DNA of 50,194 nt from an uncultured Armatimonadetes bacterium (GCA_902805585.1 CADCTO010000001.1:1-50194), one strand, 5' to 3'; counted from the first letter of the stretch, positions 18,163 through 26,830 are shown. The notes: generated by a model from the letters alone, not told the origin. Translations and numbers: made by a program.

Positions 18163-19503
18163 ATGCGCCTCCCCGCCAAAGCATTGTCGCTCTTCGCCGC
18201 TGCCGGCCTCCTGGTCGCCGGCGGGGTCGCCGTCGCGCGCCTGCCGCACACCGGGGCCGAGGCGGTTCGACCGGCGGGAGCGGCCCGGACGGTGGCGCAC
18301 GCGCGGTCCGTCCCGGCGCCGGCGCCGCCGCAAAAGCCCACCGGACGGCTCGCCGCGGTCCTGCCGAAGCCCGAAGAAGAGCGGTGGCTCCAGGTACCCT
18401 GGCGCACCGACGTCACCCGGGCCCGCGCGGAGGCGCAGCGCACCGGCAAGCCGCTGTTCTTCTGGATCATGGACGGCAGCCCGCTGGGCTGCACGTGAGG
18501 GAACGGCCAGGTCAACCGGCGGTTGACCTTCAGCGACCCGGCCGTCATCCGGCGCCTGCAAACGCGCTTCATCCCCGTCGCCGGCAACACGCACGAACTC
18601 CAGATCCGGCCCTCGCCCGGCCAGCAGTGGTTCGTTCGCATGGCGTTCGCCCCAGAGGTTCCCGGTAGCGGCGAACTGCGCCGCCAGTACCGGCGCGACC
18701 ACACCGTCCAGGGCTTTTTCGTCGCCGGGGCGGACGGGACGAACTACGGCTGGCGCAACGAGCGCAGCCCCCGCATCGTCGCCCGCTTCCTGGACGCCTC
18801 TCTGGCAGCGTACCGAAAGCGCGCGCCGCGCACGGTGTCCTTGACCGGCGCGGCGCCGCACCGATCAGCCGTGAAGGTGCCGAACGCGTCCACCTCCGTT
18901 GTCCGCGTCTTCAGCCGCATCCGCCCGGTCCCGGCCGGCGCGGATCCGCGCAACAAGGATGTCGGCCGGGACCACTTCTGGGTCCTCTCCAGCGACGTGC
19001 GCGCGCTGCGCGCCGCCTCCCCCGGCGACGGGCGGCCGTTCCCGATGCCGCCCGCGCTGGTCGCCCGCCTGGTGCGGTTCCACCTCGTGGACAACGTGCG
19101 CGGGGAGCCCGATATGTGGACGGCGGAAGACGTCCGGAAGGCGGACTTCACGGCGCGGCGGCGGCGCAGTGCGAACGGCGCGGACTCCTTTGTCTTCCAC
19201 GGCGCGTTCGCGCAGCGCACCCCGAACGGCCGCCGGGGGCTGGAGGGGCGCATCTGGGGCGAGTTCGACGTGCCGTCGGCGACTGATAAGGTCGTCCGGT
19301 TCCGCGCCTTCGGCAAGGGGCAAGCCTGGGGCCGGTCCCGGTACACGCCCCGGCCGCCCCGCCGGCGGTTCCCGATGGTCTTCGCCCTGGTCGAGGCCGA
19401 CGACGCGGCCGCGCGCACCGTGTCGCCGCAGGCCGTCTCGAGCGGCGAGGCGTACCCCGAACTGCGCATCGGCCTGCGCGAGTACCTGGACCCGTCCACG
19501 TAG
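18163..19503 (+). CDS. secreted thioredoxin-fold protein with an in-frame UGA (18496-18498): candidate selenoprotein, otherwise a pseudogene or split gene
   Basis: ORFs 18163..18498 and 18523..19503 share a frame, and the TGA is the only stop between them. The joined sequence is signal peptide, then '...KPLFFWIMDGSPLGCT-U-GNGQVNRRLTFSDPAVIRRLQTRFIPVAGN...', so the stop sits where the thioredoxin-fold redox residue is expected. The second ORF has no SD or promoter. Confidence 0.5.
18509..18529 (+). promoter_or_regulatory. SECIS-like stem-loop 10 nt downstream of the in-frame UGA
   Basis: a-ggtcaacc / ggc / ggttgacc-t: a 9-bp perfect stem with a G-rich 3-5-nt apical loop. The ORF finder's TTG 'start' at 18523 lies inside the 3' arm. 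Confidence 0.45.
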
Positions 19504-19567
19504 GCCCGGCTGCCGTCGCGCCGCCCCCATTTCGTTCCGGCGCCCAAGTGGGTACACTGCGTTCACC

Positions 19568-20665
19568 ATGGAGAACGAGATGAACCCCGGCCTGCGCCCG
19601 GTGCTCCTGCAGTTCCACCCGGAACTGAGCCGCACCGAAGACGGCGAAGAAGAGCGCGGCGACCTGTCCGTCGCCGTCGAGATCGGCGACACGCTCTGGG
19701 TCGCCTCCGACGAGACCGTGCGCCTCACCCGCCTGTCGCGACAGGGGGAAGACGCGTACGGCAGCCACGCCGTCTTCAACATCGCCGATTTCGTCAAGCT
19801 CGCCGGCAAGAAGGACGCCGAGGCCGACCTGGAAGGTCTCGACCACGCCGACGGGTACCTGTGGATGACGGGCTCCCACAGCCTGAAACGGGCCAAGCCG
19901 GACCGGGACGACGACGCGCAGGCGAACCTCGAGGCGCTGGCGGAGGTGACCACCGACAGCAACCGGTTCCTGCTGGCGCGCATCCCCGTGGTGACGGAAA
20001 ACGGCGTCCCCACGCTGGCGGCGGAAGCGAACAACGGGAAGCGGCGCCGCACGGCCGCCCTGCTGCGCGGCGGCACGAACGGCAACGATCTGACCCGGGC
20101 GCTCGCGAAGGATGAACACCTCGCCCCGTTTCTGAAGATCCCGAGCAAGGACAACGGTCTGGACATCGAGGGGCTGGCCGTGTCGGGGAGCCGCGTCTTC
20201 CTCGGGCTGCGCGGGCCGGTGCTGCGCGGCTGGGCCGTGGTGCTGGAGGTGGAACCGGCCGCGGCCGACAAGGGCCTGCTGAGGCTCAAGAAGATCGGGC
20301 CGGAAAAACGCCGGTACCGGAAGCACTTCGTCGATCTGCGCGGCCTGGGCATCCGCGAACTGTGCATCGACGGGGCCGACCTGCTGCTCCTCGCCGGGCC
20401 GACCATGGACCTGGACGGCCCTTCCGTGGTGTACCGCTGGAAGGGGGGCGCCGACCCGCCCGGAGACGAGGACACGGTCGTCTTCGAGGGCGACATCGAG
20501 AAAGTGCTGGACGTGCCCCACGGCGTCGGCGAGGACCACGCGGAGGGGATAACGTTCCGCCGCCTGGACAGCCAGCGTCGCTCGCTCCTCGTGGTATATG
20601 ACTCGCCCGCGCCCGCCCGCCTGCGGGGCCGCGGCGGCTTCATCGCCGACGCCTTCGACCTGTGA
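19568..20665 (+). CDS. DUF3616 domain-containing protein (tentative)
   Basis: 365 aa from ATG 19568 ('MENEMNPGLRPVLLQF'). Contains 'ADLEGLDHADGYLWMTGSHS', 'DNGLDIEGLAVSGSRVFLGLRGP' and 'HAEGITF'. The family assignment is from memory. Confidence 0.6.
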   Translation: MENEMNPGLRPVLLQFHPELSRTEDGEEERGDLSVAVEIGDTLWVASDETVRLTRLSRQGEDAYGSHAVFNIADFVKLAGKKDAEADLEGLDHADGYLWMTGSHSLKRAKPDRDDDAQANLEALAEVTTDSNRFLLARIPVVTENGVPTLAAEANNGKRRRTAALLRGGTNGNDLTRALAKDEHLAPFLKIPSKDNGLDIEGLAVSGSRVFLGLRGPVLRGWAVVLEVEPAAADKGLLRLKKIGPEKRRYRKHFVDLRGLGIRELCIDGADLLLLAGPTMDLDGPSVVYRWKGGADPPGDEDTVVFEGDIEKVLDVPHGVGEDHAEGITFRRLDSQRRSLLVVYDSPAPARLRGRGGFIADAFDL

Positions 20666-20720
20666 CGCAGTCGCCGGGCGGGCGGTACCACCTCGGAGAA
20701 CGCAACGGGGAGAATCAAGA

Positions 20721-21275
20721 ATGACAGGCAGTGCGGCGGTTCGCAGACTGGTGGCCGGGCTGGCGGGGGTCGCGGCGATGACGGCTGCGGAAAAGCTGGA
20801 GCAGGCGTTCACGCGCCGGCCCAACTCCTACGTGCCGGCGCACACGCTGGAGCGGCTGCTCGGGCTCCCCTACAAGCCGGACGAAGAGCGATTGGTAATG
20901 AACTGGGCCATGCACTGGGGCCAGGGCGTGCTGCTCGGGGCCGTGCGGGGGGTGATGGCTGAGCGCGGCGTGCGCGGCCCCGCCGGTTCGTTCCTGTTCA
21001 TGAACCTGCGCTTGCTCAACGACCAGGCTTTAGAAAATGCAACCCGCGTCGGCGCTCCGCCCTGGAAGTGGCCCGTGGACGAGCAGGTGGTCGACTTGCT
21101 GCACAAGGCCGTCTACGCCTTCGTCTCCGGTGCCGTTGCCGACCGTCTCATCGCCGGCCCGGACCGGCCCCCGGAACTGAGTCTGGGGCAGCCGAACCCC
21201 AGAGCGGAGCGTGACCAGGCATCGCCGCGTCCGAGGGCGGGAACGGACGGAGGCGGCGAAGAGGCGACCGGGTGA
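20721..21275 (+). CDS. hypothetical protein (184 aa)
   Basis: ATG 20721 preceded by GGGGAGA. Coding-like GC3. Hydrophobic N-terminus 'LVAGLAGVAAMTAA'. Confidence 0.55.
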   Translation: MTGSAAVRRLVAGLAGVAAMTAAEKLEQAFTRRPNSYVPAHTLERLLGLPYKPDEERLVMNWAMHWGQGVLLGAVRGVMAERGVRGPAGSFLFMNLRLLNDQALENATRVGAPPWKWPVDEQVVDLLHKAVYAFVSGAVADRLIAGPDRPPELSLGQPNPRAERDQASPRPRAGTDGGGEEATG

Positions 21276-21600
21276 TACTATCCGCTATCGAGGATTGGAA
21301 ACCGGAACCGTGTCAGGGCGGGTGCGTCTAGGCCGAACCAGGCCGCCCCGAACGCTCTGGCCTTTCGGTGCAGGCGACGCGAAAGCAGCCGGTCGTCGCG
21401 TGGCGATGCTCAGCGCCTCGCACGCCTGAACCTGGTCGTCAGGTAGCGGCCGTCCTCGTGTCAAGAGCTTATGGCGCCCGCTCCCGGGAAGGGATAAGGA
21501 CCCGCTCCGGTTCGCCTCTGCCTGTACCGATAAAGGGTCTGCCGCTTGCGGCGCGGACCTCCGATTCTCCGCGAGGCGGGTGGCGGGGTGGGGGCAGCTA

Positions 21601-21629
21601 TTGACAGCCTAGCTTGCGCGCGGTACACT
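21601..21629 (+). promoter_or_regulatory. sigma70-type promoter of the menaquinone operon
   Basis: TTGACA (21601-21606), 17-nt spacer, TACACT (21624-21629). GGAGTAGGA SD lies ahead of ATG 21670. Confidence 0.6.
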
Positions 21630-21669
21630 ACCGTAGAGCTTGTGAAATTTCGCACGGAGTAGGATCTTC

Positions 21670-23133
21670 ATGGCGTACGCCGGCTTTCAGGACTTCCTGA
21701 AGGCGCTGGAAAAAGCGGGGGAGCTGAAGCGGATCAAGGCGCCCGTGGACCCGGAACTGGAGATCACCGAGATCGCCGACCGCGCCGTCAAGGGCGCCGG
21801 GGGCGGGCCCGCGCTCCTGTTCGAGAACCCCCGGGGCCACACCGTCCCCGTCGCCATCAACACCTTCGCCACCCGCAAACGTATCTCCATGGCTTTCGGC
21901 GTCGAGGACGTGGACGAGATCGCCTGCGAGATCGAGAAGCTCGTCAAGCTCCCCGGCAACATGCCGCCCGGCCTGATGGGCAAGGCCGCCCTGCTCCCCG
22001 GGCTGGCGCGCATCGGGCGCCACACCGCGCCCCGGATCGTCGGGGGCGGCGCGCCGTGCCAGGAGGTCGTGAAGCTGGGCGAAGCCGCCTCGCTCGACGA
22101 ACTGCCGATCCTCAAGTGCTGGCCGCTCGACGGCGGCCGGTTCATCACGCTCCCGCTCGTCTTCACGCGCGAGGCCAACACCGGCAAGCGCAACGTCGGC
22201 ATGTACCGCATGCAGGTCTACGACAAGCGGACCTGCGGGATGCACTGGCAGCGCCACAAGGTCGGCAGCCGCCACTACGCCGAGTACGAGGCGCAGAAGC
22301 GCGACATCCCGGTCGCCGTCGCCCTCGGCGGCGACCCGGTCCTGACCTACGCCGCCACCGCCCCGCTGCCCGACGAGATCGACGAGATGGTGTTCGCCGG
22401 CTTCATCCGCAAGAAGCCCGTCGATCTGGTGCGCTGCAAGACCGTGGACATCGCCGTGCCCGCCGACGCCGAGTACATCATCGAGGGCGTGGTCCCCGCG
22501 GGCGAGCGGCGCACGGAAGGCCCGTTCGGCGACCACACCGGTTTCTATACGCTGGAAGACGACTACCCCGTGTTCCGTGTGACCGCGATCACGCACCGGC
22601 GCAGCCCCGTCTACCCGGCCACCATCGTGGGCCGCCCGCCCATGGAGGACGGCTGGCTGGGCAAGGCGACCGAGCGCCTGTTCCTGCCGCTGGTGCGCCT
22701 GTTCGTGCCCGAAGTGGTCGATTACAACCTGCCGGTCGAGGCGTGCTTCCACAACCTGTGCATCGTGAGCATCAAGAAGCGCTACCCCGGCCACGCCCAG
22801 AAGGTGATGCACGCGCTGTGGGGGTTGGGGCAGATGATGTTCACCAAGGTCATCATCGTGGTCGACGAGTGGGTGGACGTGCAGAACCTCCAGGAAGTGC
22901 TGTGGGTGGCGACCAACAACATCGACCCCGAGCGCGACACGACGTTCGTCAAGGGGCCCGTCGACGTGCTGGACCACGCGAGCCGCGCGATGGGCTTCGG
23001 CTCGAAAATGGGTATCGATGCGACAAAGAAACTGCCCGAAGAGGGGCACACGCGGGCGTGGCCGCCGGTCATCGAGATGGCGCCGGAGGTGAAGCGGCGT
23101 GTGGACGCTCTGTGGAGCGAACTGGGGTTGTGA
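21670..23133 (+). CDS. UbiD-family decarboxylase (menaquinone biosynthesis decarboxylase, futalosine route)
   Basis: 487 aa with 'FQDFLKALEKAGELKRIKAPVDPELEITEIADR', 'GPALLFENP' and 'NVGMYRMQVYD'. It is clustered with UbiX, a UbiA-like prenyltransferase and MqnA. Confidence 0.85.
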   Translation: MAYAGFQDFLKALEKAGELKRIKAPVDPELEITEIADRAVKGAGGGPALLFENPRGHTVPVAINTFATRKRISMAFGVEDVDEIACEIEKLVKLPGNMPPGLMGKAALLPGLARIGRHTAPRIVGGGAPCQEVVKLGEAASLDELPILKCWPLDGGRFITLPLVFTREANTGKRNVGMYRMQVYDKRTCGMHWQRHKVGSRHYAEYEAQKRDIPVAVALGGDPVLTYAATAPLPDEIDEMVFAGFIRKKPVDLVRCKTVDIAVPADAEYIIEGVVPAGERRTEGPFGDHTGFYTLEDDYPVFRVTAITHRRSPVYPATIVGRPPMEDGWLGKATERLFLPLVRLFVPEVVDYNLPVEACFHNLCIVSIKKRYPGHAQKVMHALWGLGQMMFTKVIIVVDEWVDVQNLQEVLWVATNNIDPERDTTFVKGPVDVLDHASRAMGFGSKMGIDATKKLPEEGHTRAWPPVIEMAPEVKRRVDALWSELGL

Positions 23134-23699
23134 AAACGTTGACGCGGCGACAACGAGCGGCGATGCCGGCGGGCGCCTGGCAGGTGTCGGAGGCGCTGTG
23201 GGGCGGCAAGCAGCGCGTCCGGCTGATCACGGGCGCGCCGTCGCTCCTGGCCGACCCCGAGCGCATCCGCTCGCTCCACGCCGTCGGCTTCGTGCATTCT
23301 GCGGAGAACGTCCTCCTGGTGCACAACAAGGACGGGACGTGGACGTTCCCGGGGGGCAGACTGGAAAACAGCGAGACGCCGGAGGAGGCGCTGGCCCGCG
23401 AGCTGTGGGAAGAGGCGCGCGCCACGCTCGCGCCGGACCCGATCCCGATCGCCGCGACCCGGATCGAGTTCATCAACCACGTCCCCGGCCGCGTGTATCG
23501 GTTCCACCCGACGTTCCTGCTGTGGGTCGCCGGCCGCGTCGCCGACCTTTCCGACGAGCCGCACCACGACCCGTCGGATTTCGTCACCGGCCGCCGCGTC
23601 GTCACCGTGGAGGAGGCGCGCGCGCTGCTCAAGCCGCTCGAAGCGCGCGTGCTGGAGGCGGCTTTGACCGCCTGGCAGAGCCGGGGAAGCAAATCATGA
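23130..23699 (+). CDS. NUDIX hydrolase
   Basis: Nudix box 'GGRLENSETPEEALARELWEEA'. GTG 23130 overlaps the UbiD-like stop (GTGA). An alternative ATG lies at 23163. Confidence 0.75.
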   Translation: MKTLTRRQRAAMPAGAWQVSEALWGGKQRVRLITGAPSLLADPERIRSLHAVGFVHSAENVLLVHNKDGTWTFPGGRLENSETPEEALARELWEEARATLAPDPIPIAATRIEFINHVPGRVYRFHPTFLLWVAGRVADLSDEPHHDPSDFVTGRRVVTVEEARALLKPLEARVLEAALTAWQSRGSKS

Positions 23700-23721
23700 A
23701 CGGGGGAGGCTGATCCCCACC

Positions 23722-24324
23722 ATGGCAGGGGACCCGAGCCGGCGTGTGGTGGTGGCGATGACCGGGGCGAGCGGCGCCATCTACGGCGTCCGCTTCCTGC
23801 GCCAGGCCGTGCGCCACTTCGACGAGGTGTATCTGACCCTGTCGGGCAACGCGCCCGCGGTCCTGGCGACCGAGTTGGGCGTCCGGCTTTCCGAGCGGCC
23901 GACGGCCGCCCAACTGCTGGGCATGGAGGCCCCGCAGCTCCGTATCTGTGAGCGGGGCGACTACTTCACACCGCCCGCCTCGGGCTCGTTCCGGCACGCG
24001 GGCATGGTCGTCATCCCCTGCTCGATGGGCACGGCGGGTCGCATCGCCCACGGCATCTCCGACGATCTGACGACCCGCGCCGCCGACGTCTGCTTGAAGG
24101 AGGGGCGCAGGCTCGTCCTCGTGGTGCGCGAGACGCCGCTGAACCTGATCCACCTGCGCAACCTGACGCAGCTCGCGGAGGCCGGCGCCACGATCCTTCC
24201 CGCCGCTCCGTCGTTCTATAACAAGCCGCAGACGATCGAAGACCTGGTGGACACCATCGTCGCCCGCGCGCTCCAGGCGCTGGGCGTGGAACAGGATCTG
24301 GTCCGGGAATGGAAGCACGCCTGA
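23722..24324 (+). CDS. ubiX: UbiX-family flavin prenyltransferase
   Basis: 'VVVAMTGASGAIYGVRFL', 'VVIPCSMGTAGRIAHGISDDLTTRAADVCLKEGRRLVLVVRETPL' and 'PAAPSFYNKP'. Confidence 0.9.
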   Translation: MAGDPSRRVVVAMTGASGAIYGVRFLRQAVRHFDEVYLTLSGNAPAVLATELGVRLSERPTAAQLLGMEAPQLRICERGDYFTPPASGSFRHAGMVVIPCSMGTAGRIAHGISDDLTTRAADVCLKEGRRLVLVVRETPLNLIHLRNLTQLAEAGATILPAAPSFYNKPQTIEDLVDTIVARALQALGVEQDLVREWKHA

Positions 24325-25199
24325 GACTCCCGCAGACGCCGTGGCAGAAGCTGCGCGTCGTGCTGGAGATGATCAAGATCGAGCACACGCTGTTCGCGCT
24401 CCCCTTCGCGCTGATGGGGGCGCTGCTGGCGGCGGGCGGCCTGCCCACCGGTGCGCAGATCGTCTGGATCCTGGTCGCCATGGTCGGCGCCCGCTCGGCG
24501 GCGATGGCGTTCAACCGGCTGGTGGACCGCGACATCGACGCCCGAAACCCGCGCACGGCCAACCGCGCGCTCCCGGCCGGTCTGGTGTCCGTGCCGTTCG
24601 TCGTCGGCTTCACGGTCGTCGCGTCCGCGCTGCTCGTCGGCGCCGCGTACCGGCTCAACCCGCTCGCCTTCGCGCTGTCGCCCGTCGCGCTCGTGATCGT
24701 CTTTTTCTACTCGTTCACCAAGCGCTTCACCGCCTGGTCACACGCGTTCCTGGGGCTGGCGCTGGCGGTCGCGCCCGTCGGCGCGTGGATCGCGGTCCGG
24801 GGCGCTTTCGGCGTGCCCGCCCTCTGGCTCGGGGCCGCCGTGGTCTGCTGGCTGATCGGCTTCGACATCATCTACGCCCTGCAGGACGTGGGGTTCGACC
24901 GGACGGCGGGCCTGCGTTCGCTTCCGGCGTCGCTCGGACCGCGCCGCGCCCTTTCGGTCGGCCGCGCCGCCCACGCCGTGATGATCGGGTGCCTGGCCGG
25001 GGTGGGGGTGACGGCGGGTCTCGGCGCCTGGTATTACGCGGGCGTGGCCCTCGCCGCCGTGCTCATCGCGTGGGAGCACGCCATCATCCGCCCCGACGAC
25101 CTGCGGCGGCTGAACGTCGCGTTTTTCAACCTCAACATCGCCGTGTCGTCGGGGCTGCTCCTATTCACGGCGCTGGATATCTGGCTAAGGAAGGGATGA
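24309..25199 (+). CDS. UbiA-family polyprenyltransferase (MqnP-like)
   Basis: 'MIKIEHTLFALPFALMGALLA', 'NRLVDRDIDARNPRTANRALPAG' and 'DIIYALQDVGFDR'. It overlaps the ubiX 3' end by 16 nt. Confidence 0.85.
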   Translation: MEARLRLPQTPWQKLRVVLEMIKIEHTLFALPFALMGALLAAGGLPTGAQIVWILVAMVGARSAAMAFNRLVDRDIDARNPRTANRALPAGLVSVPFVVGFTVVASALLVGAAYRLNPLAFALSPVALVIVFFYSFTKRFTAWSHAFLGLALAVAPVGAWIAVRGAFGVPALWLGAAVVCWLIGFDIIYALQDVGFDRTAGLRSLPASLGPRRALSVGRAAHAVMIGCLAGVGVTAGLGAWYYAGVALAAVLIAWEHAIIRPDDLRRLNVAFFNLNIAVSSGLLLFTALDIWLRKG

Positions 25200-25283
25200 G
25201 GGACGAGGGATGAGGGATGAGAAAGACTGGTCGTGGGAGCCGCAGGGGGATTCTCATCCCTCGCCCCTCATCCCTCGTCCCTT
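25191..25283. repeat. inverted repeat built from tandem GAGGGAY heptamers, spanning the UbiA-like stop and the mqnA start
   Basis: The left arm aagggatgagggacgagggatgagggatgagaa (25191-25223) matches the reverse complement of 25251-25283 at 29/33 positions. Two of the four mismatches would be G-U pairs in RNA. Loop is 27 nt. Confidence 0.75.
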
Positions 25284-26082
25284 TATCACCATCGGCACCG
25301 TCCCGTACCTGAACGCGCGGCCCCTGGTGCGGTGGTTCGGCGACACGGAGGAAGGGCGCGGCTCGGGCGTCCGGGTGGTCGAGGCCGTTCCGTCGGAACT
25401 CGCCCGGATGCTCCGGCGCGGCGAGTGCGCCGCCGCCCTGGTCTCCTCCTTCGAATTGCTGCGGCGCCCGGACCTGTGCTACGCGCCCGGCGTCGCCGTG
25501 GCCGCCGAGGGGCCGGTCCTTTCCGTGCGGATGCTGTCGAAGGTGCCGATCCCCGCGGTGCGCTCCGTCGCCCTGGACACGTCGTCCCTTACCTCGGTCG
25601 CGCTGCTCAAGATCCTCCTGGCGGAGCGTTTCGGCGTCGCGCCGTGCTATCTGCCGCACGGCCCCGACCTCGACCGCATGCTGTCGGAAGCGGACGCCGC
25701 GCTGCTGATCGGGGATCTGGGCTACCGGGAGTACGACCCGTCGCTGCATACCCTCGACCTGGGGGCGGCCTGGCGGGAGTTGACCGGACTGCCGTTCGTG
25801 TACGCGCTGTGGATCGGGTCCCCGGACCGGCTGACACCGGAGGTGGCGGAGGTTCTGCTACGCGCGAAGGAGTGGGGTGCCGCGCACCTGGAGGCGATCG
25901 CCCGCACGGAATACGAGCGCCTGGGGGAAACCTACGAGCGGACCCACGGCTACCTGACGAAGGTCATGCGCTACGGGCTCGGCGCGCGCGAAGTCGAGGG
26001 GCTGCGCGCCTTCGCCGGGAAGGCGCTGGCGAACGGCCTGATCGACGCGCCCGCCCCGCTGTCGCCCTGCACGTCCCGATGA
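25210..26082 (+). CDS. mqnA: chorismate dehydratase MqnA (futalosine pathway)
   Basis: 'ITIGTVPYLNARPLV', 'SVALDTSSLTSVALLKILL' and 'DAALLIGD'. The only in-frame start is ATG 25210, which adds a roughly 25-aa extension encoded by the heptamer palindrome. Confidence 0.8.
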   Translation: MRDEKDWSWEPQGDSHPSPLIPRPFITIGTVPYLNARPLVRWFGDTEEGRGSGVRVVEAVPSELARMLRRGECAAALVSSFELLRRPDLCYAPGVAVAAEGPVLSVRMLSKVPIPAVRSVALDTSSLTSVALLKILLAERFGVAPCYLPHGPDLDRMLSEADAALLIGDLGYREYDPSLHTLDLGAAWRELTGLPFVYALWIGSPDRLTPEVAEVLLRAKEWGAAHLEAIARTEYERLGETYERTHGYLTKVMRYGLGAREVEGLRAFAGKALANGLIDAPAPLSPCTSR

Positions 26083-26741
26083 ACCCGAAGAACCGCCACG
26101 TCGCCCGCACCATCGAGGCGCTGCGCCGCTCCAACGCGATGGCGGGCAGCGAGAGCGTTTTGTACGTCGCGCTGGGTGACTCCGTAACCGCCGGCTGGCT
26201 GGAGCACGGCGTCCTCGACAGTGATGCCGCCTACCCGGCCCTGTTCCGCCGCCGCCTCGCCGCGCTCTTCCCGCGGGCCATGGTCTCCGTCCTGAATGCC
26301 GGGCTGGGCGGCGAGAACACCGAGGGCGCGCTGACCCGCCTGGAGCGCGACTGCCTCCGGCACACCCCGAACCTGGTCACCGTCTGCCTCGCGCTGAACG
26401 ACGCCCGCAGCGGCCGCGACGGGATACCGTCCTTCCAGGCGAACCTGACGGCCCTGGTGCGGCGCATCCGCGCCGAGAGCACGGCCGACATCGTTCTTGT
26501 CACCCCGAACACGCGCGGCGACGCCCTGCAGGAGGACGGCACGACCGGGGACTACGTCCGCGCGGTCCGCGCCGTCGCCCGCGCCGAGGACGTGGGGCTG
26601 GCGGACGTGCACGCCGTGTATCAGGGCTGGATCCGTGCGGGCGCGGCGCCGGCCGACCTCCTTTCCAACCGCGTGTCCCACCCCACGCGCGAAGGGCACC
26701 ACATCTTCGCCAACGCGCTCATCGAGTTCTTCCAGCCGTGA
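26079..26741 (+). CDS. SGNH/GDSL hydrolase family protein
   Basis: 'VALGDSVTAGW' (block I GDS), 'NAGLGGENT' (block II), 'LALNDA' (block III) and 'HPTREGH' (block V). The ATG overlaps the mqnA stop (ATGA). Confidence 0.8.
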   Translation: MNPKNRHVARTIEALRRSNAMAGSESVLYVALGDSVTAGWLEHGVLDSDAAYPALFRRRLAALFPRAMVSVLNAGLGGENTEGALTRLERDCLRHTPNLVTVCLALNDARSGRDGIPSFQANLTALVRRIRAESTADIVLVTPNTRGDALQEDGTTGDYVRAVRAVARAEDVGLADVHAVYQGWIRAGAAPADLLSNRVSHPTREGHHIFANALIEFFQP

Positions 26742-26759
26742 GCGCCCCGGGCGCGCGCG

Positions 26760-26789
26760 TTGACACCGCTTTTCGGCGTGTGCTATACT
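26760..26789 (+). promoter_or_regulatory. sigma70-type promoter upstream of the response-regulator operon
   Basis: TTGACA (26760-26765), 18-nt spacer, TATACT (26784-26789) with an extended TGc. Confidence 0.6.
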
Positions 26790-26830
26790 TGGGCGTGGGA
26801 AACGGGGGGCGGGAAGGTTCGGGGGAAGGT

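Noticed and set aside
21330-21470. Possible SRP (4.5S) RNA, suggested by 'gcgaaagcagcc' and 'cctgaacctggtcgtcagg' strings.
   Set aside because: The order and pairing of the elements do not fit helix 8 on either strand. That helix reads CAGG...GGAA tetraloop...AGCAGCC with symmetric loops. The resemblance is superficial.
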